Assembly (NCBI GenBank): GCA_964016885.1 | Contig: OZ024745.1 | Coordinates: 101,866,001 to 101,930,000, forward strand | Length of the DNA stretch: 64,000 bases | Origin: Eledone cirrhosa | Taxonomy: Eukaryota | Reading direction: 5' to 3' | In this document: positions 1 to 9,975 of the stretch, one piece after another | How positions within the stretch are numbered: the first letter of the stretch is position 1 | Layout of the letters: every line of letters begins with the position of its first letter | The notes under the pieces: generated by a model | What the model was told of the DNA's origin: nothing | Database searches by the model: none | The model's input: the letters and a program-made list of their open reading frames with translations, nothing else | Program-made: the position numbers and the translations under genes

Positions 1-56
1 ATCCGAATTTTCAAAATACAAAGTTCATTTCAACTTTGTATTTTGAAAATTCGGAT
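1..56. repeat. Perfect inverted repeat (25-bp arms, 6-nt loop), probably the centre of a fold-back element continuing left of the window
   Basis: ATCCGAATTTTCAAAATACAAAGTT-CATTTC-AACTTTGTATTTTGAAAATTCGGAT read directly. Confidence 0.85.
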
Positions 57-138
57 GTCACAGTATCTTTTTTCATTGCCTATTATGACATAGTGTAGCA
101 ATAATGGACTGAAATTCTGATGAAACAATTGTTAATAC
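38..138 (+). ncRNA. Degenerate type-I hammerhead ribozyme with long stem II
   Basis: GTATT-TTGAAAA (CTGAAGA with 2 substitutions)-TTCGGA...TCTGAT-GAAA-CAATTG-TT-AATAC; same family as 53750-53858. Confidence 0.5.
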
Positions 139-315
139 GTGGATTAAATCCTTTTGTAACTGTTTACCTTTGTCCTATTTCTCTTTTTTGATTACACTCC
201 TCGTTTGTTCGTGTTTCCACCACAGAATCCCTACCAACCTGTTGAGTCACCTTAACGTATGATGATAACTTTCCTCACAACTTGTTCTACCAAGCTTTGG
301 AATATTCCTAATTAC

Positions 316-355
<40 letters not shown>

Positions 356-358
<3 letters not shown>

Positions 359-1016
359 TGCTTATCCAGATATCGCTTTTCCAAAATTCGATTTACCGGA
401 CGGCTATTTCTATACTACCTCCGGATGAGGAGGACTTAATTTTGGCAGACGGACAGATCCGGGCAGCATTTCTTCCAGCGAACGTTACGTCACTTATTCA
501 GCCAATGGACCAGGGAGTTTTGGAGACACTAAAGCGGATTTACAAAAAACAATTGCTGCGGGATTTGATCGGAAAAGGGGACACGGGAATGATTCCATTT
601 TTACGTGCGATAAACATGAGGGAGGTGGTTGACCATTCAGCTGTTGCGTGGAAATGGTAGCGGGAAATGGTAGAGGACCGACGAGCTTTGGCGCGAAAAC
701 AATCTTCTATTTATTCATTTTAAAAAAAGTACTAACTTTTTATGGTTTGACTCAATTCAGTTTTACCAAGTTTTTAATTATTCTTATGTTTGTTTAATTA
801 ATTTTCTTATAAATTCTAGCTGTTCTTTTGTTATTCTAATAAACTTTCTTTACTTAGCATTTGTCCTTTATTTTGACTAAAAGAAGCCAAAACATTAGAA
901 ACCACGAGCATTATGTAACAATGGGATTTTAGAATTCACTTATCAGGATATTTCACTTAACCAGATCTTTTTCTAACTGTTTGGTTTTGACCGTCCGGAT
1001 AAGCGAAGATTCACTG
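356..1016 (+). mobile_element. Internally deleted pogo/Tigger DNA transposon with DDE_1 transposase fragment
   Basis: TA|CAGTG...CACTG|TA termini; ORF 358-660 contains FLPANVTSLIQPMDQGV typical of Tigger/CENP-B-like DDE domains. Confidence 0.85.
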
Positions 1017-1030
1017 TATATATATATATT

Positions 1031-1210
1031 AATGTTTCTACTTTTGACACAAGGCCAGCAATATCCCCAGTGTATTACTGGTGCTTTATTTTATTGAGCC
1101 CATAATTATGAAAGGCAAAGTTAACCTTGGCAGATTTCAACTCAGAACGTAAAGGGCCATAACTCTATGCTGCAAAGCATTGTGTCTGACACTCTACCGA
1201 TACTGCCAAA
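1031..1210 (-). mobile_element. tRNA-derived SINE (Meta-domain-like family)
   Basis: Same sequence as copies at 3437-3617, 34701-34884, 44599-44790. Confidence 0.8.
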
Positions 1211-1560
1211 ATAGATAGATAGATGATTTAATTTATATATTTATATATATATATATATATATATACAGAGATAGGGAGAGAGAAATAGATAGAAAGATAG
1301 ATGGTTAGATATATATATATATAGAAAGAGAGAGCGGGGGAAGAAATAGATAGAAAGATATTTTTTTATTAAATATTTGAGATATTTATTTCTATTCATC
1401 ATTTTAGGTTATCCTGGGAAATACATTTTCTGTTGTGATATTTTCATAAGGCTATGTGTTAACATATACTCCAATACTCACAGCCTTTATTAGAGAACTA
1501 AACTAGTTACTATTGAGAAATACATCTAAGAAATTCTGCGTGTGTGTATATATATATAGA

Positions 1561-1731
1561 TATATAATCAAAATGAGCATAATGAGGACAATATATACAA
1601 CTACACATTTGCGTATACATATGTACATTCACACATGCAAACACACGCATCAAATAAATATAATATATATATATATATATATCAATATATATATATTATA
1701 TTTATTGTATTTATATATTATATATATATAT

Positions 1732-1779
<48 letters not shown>

Positions 1780-1817
1780 ATGTATATATATATATATATA
1801 TGTATGTATATATATTG

Positions 1818-1903
<86 letters not shown>

Positions 1904-2045
1904 ATATATATATATATATATATATATATATGGAATTTGGTCGCAGAATCGCTAAAAAGCTTTCTCCGATATTGTATTTATTATATATATATATATATAT
2001 TGATATATATAATATATATATATACAATAAATATAATATATATAT

Positions 2046-2089
<44 letters not shown>

Positions 2090-2101
2090 TGATATATATT
2101 G

Positions 2102-2139
<38 letters not shown>

Positions 2140-2141
2140 TG

Positions 2142-2175
<34 letters not shown>

Positions 2176-2390
2176 TGATATATATATATATGTATGTATA
2201 TATATATGTATGTATATGTATATATATATGTATATATATATATATGTATATATATATATTATATATATATATATATATATATTGATATATATATATTATA
2301 TTTATTTGATGTGTGTGTATGTGTGTGTGAATGTACATATGTATATGCAAATGTGTAGCTGTATATATTGTCCTCGTTATGCTCATTTTG

Positions 2391-2398
<8 letters not shown>
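1561..2398. repeat. Inverted repeat (~105-bp unique arms, ~1561-1668 and ~2290-2398) enclosing a (TA)n-rich array
   Basis: AATCAAAATGAGCATAATGAGGACAATATATACAACTACACATTTGC... is the near reverse complement of ...GCAAATGTGTAGCTGTATATATTGTCCTCGTTATGCTCATTTTGATT. Confidence 0.85.
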
Positions 2399-2441
<43 letters not shown>

Positions 2442-3156
2442 CCTAAGTTGGTTATTATATATTAGCATGCAACATATTCATATTACCATGCTTACACAGA
2501 AACTTCTACTGGATGGAAGATGTAAACTAAATTGATTTTAAAGTAATACATAAGAACAATATGTATAAATAGTTTTCATGAAAGAATTCAATAATAGCTG
2601 TATTAATAGATGTGGCGGAAAAATGAAACAAAAATAAGAAACAAGCAAACGAAAAAATACCTAAAACTACTGCAGTTGTTTCCTTCAATGTCTGTTCATG
2701 TGTGAACAGATACAGGCACAATAAAAGTAAGCTTCTCGCTACAAGTAATGGAATTTGAGATAGTTGGAGAAATAGAATTTGTATGATATTCCTGAAAGAA
2801 AAAAAGATTGTAAAAAGAGTGATATAAAGAAAATGAAATGTAAATTTTGATTAGCTTATCTTTGAATGTAAAGAAACTTGATAGAATTTGCTTGACAGAC
2901 ATTGCCAGTATTTTTGAACAACAATATTTATCTATAAAATGTCCTATTCATGTATATATGTATCAATGAAAGTTTGCTATAGAACTGAAAAAGAAAACAT
3001 TTCTTTTTTGATCCTTACTTTAGTTCCCATGATAGGTGTTCCCTATGTTTCTCCAATAATTTTGAAAATAATCAAGAATTAGGAGAAATTTAATAATATA
3101 ACTAACAGTTTCATTGTTTGTGTCGTGTTTGGAACATGATTTACCAAAGATTCTTA

Positions 3157-3420
3157 TCATCATCATTAGCGTTTAACGTCCATTTTCCATGCTAGCATGG
3201 GTTAGATGGGTTGACCCATTAGAGTCAGATCAGGTGACGATGTCTTGCTCATACAGAACTGTTTCTGGCTACGTTTCTATGGCTGGATGTCCTTTCTAAC
3301 ACCAACCACATTTACACGTGTGCTGGGCGCTTTTTGTTGTGACTCCTGCATGACCACTTTACAGTGTGAGCTAAGCGCTTTTTGTTGTGATACCTACATG
3401 ACCCCTTTACAGTGTATTAT
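3157..3420 (-). mobile_element. RTE-tailed SINE fragment with internal ~48-bp tandem units
   Basis: (CAT)n tail, GGATGTCCTTTCTAACACCAACC core shared with other copies. Confidence 0.7.
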
Positions 3421-3436
3421 TGTATAGAATTATAAT

Positions 3437-3617
3437 TGTTTCTACTTTTGGCACAAGGCCAGTAATTACCCAGTACATTACTGGTACTTTATTTTATCGA
3501 CCCCGTAAGGATGAAAGGCAAAGTTAATCTCGGCGGGATTTGAACTCAGTTCGTAAAGGGACGTAACTGTGCTGCAAAGCATGGCGTCTGACTCTCTACC
3601 GATACTGCCAATCCACC
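3437..3617 (-). mobile_element. tRNA-derived SINE (Meta-domain-like) with 13-bp target-site duplication
   Basis: TSD ATAGAATTATAAT at 3424-3436 and 3618-3630; B-box-like GAGTTCAAATCCC; GCCTTTCATCCTTACGGGGTCGATAAAAT core. Confidence 0.85.
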
Positions 3618-4381
3618 ATAGAATTATAATGAAAGGTTTTTAGATAAGAATGAATACTTTAAAGTAAGATTCCATGCAGTTTGGTGTCAAAAGGTCAATA
3701 AATACGTATATCATATTTTCTTCTCGATTTTATATCCTTTCACACTATTATTGAGGGATTGATGAATATACTAAAAATATTGACTCTGTGATGTTGTGAG
3801 CGGATGATTTCTAAATTACAAAACATGTCTCCACCATATGATTTTGAACATTGCTGGCTTTGTTCTGGGTGCCCAACTTTTTACAGATGCCCTCTTCACT
3901 ATGGCTGAGAAGCCTTATCTCTTCATGGTGTTAGGAGGGAGATGGTTAGCTACTAGTTGTATTCAGAGAGGTCACCTAGTGTCTGTGTGGAGGGGAATGA
4001 GGCTGTCCCCATATCCCTATATAGAATGAAAAGTTTAGTTTTCAAGAAGTTTCTTGCTTGTTGGAGATGATAGAGTGTAACTTATTAACCCTTTCATTGT
4101 CATATTTCTAATGAAATACACTGCCTATGATTTCTAAATAACTTTGTAAATAATAAAGAATTTGGAGAGATTTAGTAATATAAATAACATTTTCGTTATT
4201 AAGCTCGTGTTTGGAGTATAACTTAACAAAGGTCCTTGTATAAAATGATGACGAAAGGTTTTTAGATAAATATAAATAATTTGAAATAGATAAAATAAAG
4301 CACCAGTAATGCACTGGGATAATTTCTGGCCTTGTGCCAAAAGTAGAAACAATTATTAGTTTTATGCTTGATATAAAAGAG

Positions 4382-4417
4382 TCTTAATATTTCGGATGCT
4401 ATTCCTTCATCAGAAGA
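4382..4417 (-). ncRNA. Minimal type-I hammerhead ribozyme
   Basis: Minus strand TCTT-CTGATGA-A-GGA ATAGCA TCC-GAAA-TAT-T-AAGA. Confidence 0.6.
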
Positions 4418-4799
4418 TAGAATGAAAAATTAAAGAAGAAATAGAAATTATTGAGGAGATGAACAGGGCGGAAATGGGATGTTGCCATATCTTAAAAAAC
4501 TGTTGATGCTGGCATTTTGTGAATGATATACTTATATATGATTGACTCTCTTGTCATGTTGATATATGAGGGCCAAAATATTTTACTTTCTTTTTACTCC
4601 ACATTTTAGTGTTTGTGTCTACTGTGAGACACTAATCTTTTGATCTTGCCTTAAATGCTCAATCCTTGAGTTGACATGGTTCTTGATGCCAGTTTGACAG
4701 GTGTTCCTCCACCTATTACAGTCAGCAGCATGTTCCTCAAATTCTGATGCTTATATTCCAATATTATTGATATCCAATATCCTTCAATTTATCCTCATA

Positions 4800-4985
4800 T
4801 CCAAGAAGTCTTCTTATGTTTCCCACCTTCACCTGAAGTTGGCCTGTGAGTGAGAATTTTTGATAGCCTTTCATCACTCATCCTAGTATCATGACCAGCC
4901 CATCTTAATTGAGACTGCATCAAGAAGGCCTTTATGCTTTGTGTATCATATTGATGAAACAAGTGTTCATTAGAGACTTTGTCCT
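4800..4985 (-). mobile_element. Degraded RTE LINE C-terminal fragment
   Basis: ORF 4795-5034 contains QSQLRWAGHDTRMSDERLSK (RTE LRWxGHxxRM motif). Confidence 0.7.
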
Positions 4986-5416
4986 TCCATATATATATGT
5001 GTGTCTGTGGAGGTGGGTGTGAGTGTATGTGCAAGCCAACCTACATAAGTCTTTTTATTTGTAAATTTTCTACTCTAACCATAATTTTCAGGAGCACCAC
5101 TCCACATAAATTCATCAATTTAAGAATGACCTGTAGTATCTATTTCATACTATTAACCTTAATTGAATATATATCTGACCAGGAATGCTTTTTGTGAAAA
5201 TCAGTCATATGGAACTAATTGTCATCTTGAACTTTACAACACCACCTGCCTCTTTGAGGTCAAATACCAACCCTACTAGCATCTACAAACTGACCAATGA
5301 GAATTAAGACTATTCCTGCTGACAACATTAAATTATCCCTAACAAGCTCATATGTCCCAAGGCTCTGATACCATCAACACTATAAACACAGAGCTGGCAT
5401 ATCTAAGAACTGACTA

Positions 5417-5472
5417 ACTGCCTGATGAGGTCATAGCCATTCAATGGCTATCATCGAAATATATATAGCAGT
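5417..5472 (+). ncRNA. Type-I hammerhead ribozyme
   Basis: ACTGC-CTGATGA-GGTCATAGCCAT TCA ATGGCTATCATC-GAAA-TATATA-TA-GCAGT, followed by AATAAA; predicted cut after A5467. Confidence 0.85.
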
Positions 5473-5574
5473 AAATAAAGGATTATGAGTTCATGCAATT
5501 GACTTATGTTTCGTCACTATATATATATATATACGATATTAAATCAATGGAAACTATATTTATAAAACCATATT

Positions 5575-5640
5575 TATTTCATTATATATATTTCAGGGAT
5601 ATCATATTAACAATATGTTATGCCTTCTTCAGACAAAATA
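5575..5640 (-). ncRNA. Type-I hammerhead ribozyme in a solo Penelope-like pLTR fragment (~5535-5760)
   Basis: Minus strand TATTTTGT-CTGAAGA-AGGCATAACATATT GTT AATATGATATCCCT-GAAA-TATATA-TA-ATGAAATA; downstream AAATAAATATGGTTTTATAAATATAGTTTCCATT matches 19441-19474. Confidence 0.85.
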
Positions 5641-5761
5641 CAATATAGACAGTTTTATAAATAAATAGATTTGACATACCGTTCAACATCGACTTGTATT
5701 TGAAAAGTTGATTTGGCAGAAATATTTACTAGTTGTAACCCAACAATTTAAATATAACTTT

Positions 5762-5800
<39 letters not shown>

Positions 5801-5894
5801 TATGTATATACGTATAAATATATGTAAATATGTATAAATATATGTTTATATGTATGTATATATGTATGTATATATGTATAAATATATGTATATA

Positions 5895-7093
5895 CCGTAC
5901 ATACTCGTGTATAGGTCGCACTTTTTTAACGATAAATAAGTATACATTTTTGGGGTGTGACCTATCCGATCGACATCAGACTGACCAATAATTTTTCATA
6001 GACTTAATCAACGATGGGTATTTATAAAAATAACTTTGTTAATATTTTTTATTAACATAATAATTTCATTTTACGTTTTTTTTATTTTACGTTTCTACGT
6101 TTTTTTTCATTTTACGTTTTTTTCTATCTGACTGAAAAATCCGTCATTACAATCCATAGAAATGCATACCCGGTATTTAAAATGTAATTTCATTGTCTTA
6201 GCGTTGCTATGAACACGTATTGTGACACATTTACTTTAACAGGAAACAGATTATTGTATGTGGCGTTTCTTTTCAAAATTAGCAAGTGAGAAAAGTTGAT
6301 AGTTGAAATCTAACAGTTTTCCGAACAGGTGAATTAATTAAAAATGCAGATATAATACATTCCAGGGAAATATTTTCATTGAAAAAAATGTATAAAACGT
6401 TTTCACCAGTCAAAATAATATTTGCAATGTAATCTTACACAATGTACGGTGTAAATTTACGTAACAGAATGTTCCCAATATATAAGTTCATTAGCAGGTG
6501 TGAACATGTATTGGTGTTGTATCTTTCAACCACGTTGCTGTAATATTTTCAATGGTGTCCGTCAGATCTTCGCTTTCACATTCAAAGTAACTATCATCGT
6601 CAGAAATAACTACGTCTGATTCATTTGAAGATAAATCACTAATATTATCTTGTGTTTCTTTTTCATTTCGAATGTCGTCGCATGTAAAACCTTCAAAGTC
6701 GGTATTCGCTACTTTGGGAAGCCATGTTGATACGTAACAAATCTGTTATACTTTCAACATTAAAAAACAAGTGTTATTTCAAGTTGTTTCACTATATTAA
6801 GATTTAATTTTCGCGCTTAAAGGCTTTATCTCGCAGTAATCTCGAATTGACGAGATTTTGATGACATTTAATGTTTATTTTATTAATAAAACATGGTTTG
6901 GAGTATATATCGCAACGGCGAAGTAATGGAAAGCTAACAGATTATTAGTTTCAATTATCATAAAAAATAGTAGTTTGACAACCCAAATTTCAGTGCGACC
7001 TATCTGCGAGTCAATGGCAAATAGCCTATTTGTTAAATGAAAAGTGGGTATGCGACCTATCTGCCGGGGCGACCTATACCAGAATATATATGG
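5895..7093. mobile_element. Non-autonomous TIR DNA transposon (pogo/Tc1-mariner-like, TA target)
   Basis: TA|CCGTACATACTCGTGTATAGGTCGC ... GCGACCTATACCAGAATATATATGG|TA; repeated subterminal GCGACCTAT motifs. Confidence 0.75.
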
Positions 7094-7269
7094 TATGTAT
7101 AAATATGTGTATATATATATGTGTATATATGTATATATATGTATATATGTGTATACATATATGTATATATGTATATATATATATATGAATATATGTATAT
7201 ATATATGTATACATATATATATGTATATATATATATGAATATGTATATATATGTATAAATATATGTATA

Positions 7270-7314
<45 letters not shown>

Positions 7315-7467
7315 ATATATATATATGTATAAATATATGTATAAAAATATGTATAAATATATGTATAAAAATATGTATAAATATATGTATAAATATATGT
7401 ATAAATATATGTATATATATATATGTATATATATATGTATAAATATATATATATGTATAAATATATG

Positions 7468-7514
<47 letters not shown>

Positions 7515-7525
7515 GTATATATATG

Positions 7526-7556
<31 letters not shown>

Positions 7557-7567
7557 GTATATATATG

Positions 7568-7598
<31 letters not shown>

Positions 7599-7680
7599 GT
7601 ATATATATGTATATATATATATGTATATATATATATATGTATGTATATGTATATATGTATATATATATGTATATATATGT
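7094..7680. repeat. Compound (TA)n/(TATG)n microsatellite
   Basis: Direct reading. Confidence 0.95.
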
Positions 7681-8019
7681 ATCATCATCATTTCATTTCA
7701 TGTCCGCTTTTCCCTGCTTGCAAGGGTGGGGCGGGAACTGATTCTGGCTTGATTTTTACAGCCGGATGCCCTTCCTAACACCAACCTCATTTACAGTGAG
7801 TGCTGGGGCCTTTTTTGCCATGGTACCTCCACGACCACTTTGCAGTGGAATGATAGGGACCCCAATCCCTATCATCTCATTTCTACAGCTGAGTAAACTG
7901 GAGCAATGTGAAATAAAGTGTCTTGTTCAAGGAAACAACACATTGCCCGGTCTGAGAATTGAACTTACAACCTTCCGATTGCAAGGCCAATTCTCTAGCC
8001 ACTAAGCCATGTGCCTCCA
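7681..8019 (-). mobile_element. Full-length tRNA-derived SINE with RTE-derived 3' end and (ATG)n tail
   Basis: Head GGAGGCACATGGCTTAGTGG (A box)...AAGTTCAATTC (B box); 3' end matches RTE LINE tail CTTGCAAGCAGGGAAAAGCGGAC. Confidence 0.85.
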
Positions 8020-8049
8020 TCACTATGTATATATATATATATGTATATA

Positions 8050-8081
<32 letters not shown>

Positions 8082-8158
8082 ACGAAGGAAATGTGGTAAG
8101 GAACCAGGTGGACCACAACGCACCAAAGTACTCAATACTTAGGGTAGTAGAGTGGGTA

Positions 8159-8288
8159 ATAGGAGCGAGTAGCACCCGGACGGCTGAGCTCAAGCCGTGT
8201 CGATGGCTAATTCTGGATTAAAATCATTTTAGTCCAGAACTAGCCTTCGAAACAGCTGGAGCCCAGCCGTCGGGGTCCTACTCGTTCC

Positions 8289-8291
<3 letters not shown>
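8159..8291. other. GC-rich 133-nt imperfect hairpin (66-bp arms, 1-nt loop, 10 mismatches, no indels) within a ~210-bp island between (TA)n tracts
   Basis: Manual alignment of 8159-8224 against the reverse complement of 8226-8291. Confidence 0.9.
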
Positions 8292-8866
<575 letters not shown>

Positions 8867-9009
8867 GTATTGTTACACTTTGGGAGGGTCATGTTGCCAA
8901 TAAGAAACACACGCACCAGTTGCTTTCACTTCAATTTAATTTATTAAATATTTATAAATTTCTGGTTGGTTGGTTGGTTCCACAACCAGATAGTTGTTTA
9001 TATATATAT

Positions 9010-9054
9010 AGTCATAGTTCTTTCGTCACACACTCTGTGACCTCTTCAGTGACT
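9010..9054 (-). ncRNA. Type-I hammerhead ribozyme (left arm)
   Basis: Exact reverse complement of 9184-9228. Confidence 0.85.
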
Positions 9055-9183
9055 GGGGATTTCTTTCTTCGTTTCTGTGCCTTTCCTTTCTTCTATCCTA
9101 CGCCATTTTGTTTGTGTGACACACAAACAAAATGGCGTAGGATAGAAGAAAGGAAAGGCACAGAAACGAAGAAAGAAATCCCC

Positions 9184-9228
9184 AGTCACTGAAGAGGTCA
9201 CAGAGTGTGTGACGAAAGAACTATGACT
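9184..9228 (+). ncRNA. Type-I hammerhead ribozyme (right arm)
   Basis: AGTCA-CTGAAGA-G-GTCACA GAGTG TGTGAC-GAAA-GAAC-TA-TGACT; predicted cut after CUA (A9223). Confidence 0.85.
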
Positions 9229-9427
9229 ATATATATATAAACAACTATCTGGTTGTGGAACCAACCAACCAACCAGAAATTTATAAATATTTAATAAATT
9301 AAATTGAAGTGAAAGCAACTGGTGCGTGAGTTTCTTATTGGCAACATGACCCTCCCAAAGTGTAACAATATCGGTTTCAACACACGATTTCAGATAAAGA
9401 ATTTTGCTAAACAAATTCAGAAACGAA

Positions 9428-9442
9428 ATATAAATATGTATA

Positions 9443-9474
<32 letters not shown>

Positions 9475-9533
9475 AATATGTATATATATATATATATATA
9501 TATAAATATGTATATATATATATATATATATAA

Positions 9534-9564
<31 letters not shown>

Positions 9565-9565
9565 A

Positions 9566-9596
<31 letters not shown>

Positions 9597-9749
9597 AATA
9601 TGTATATATATATATATATATATATAAATATGTATATATATATATATATATATATAAATATGTATATATATATATATATATAAATATGTATATTCATATA
9701 TATATGTATATTCATATATATATGTATATTCATATATATGTATATATAA

Positions 9750-9780
<31 letters not shown>

Positions 9781-9884
9781 AATATGTATATATATATATA
9801 TATAAATATGTATATATATGTATATATATATATGTATATATATAAATATGTATATATATATATATATATGTATATAAATATGCA

Positions 9885-9916
<32 letters not shown>

Positions 9917-9922
9917 AATATG

Positions 9923-9973
<51 letters not shown>
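9428..9973. repeat. Compound (TA)n microsatellite with AAATATG interruptions
   Basis: Direct reading. Confidence 0.95.

Positions 9974-9975
<2 letters not shown>

Larger units (their letters stand above)
8868..9370. mobile_element. 503-bp near-perfect palindrome (fold-back element) with one hammerhead per arm
   Basis: Arms 8868-9118 and 9120-9370 are reverse complements with one visible mismatch; centre at A9119. Confidence 0.9.

Noticed and set aside
7930-8019. tRNA-like A/B boxes here and at ~15060-15149, 34701, 44599
   Set aside because: SINE heads; no complete cloverleaf
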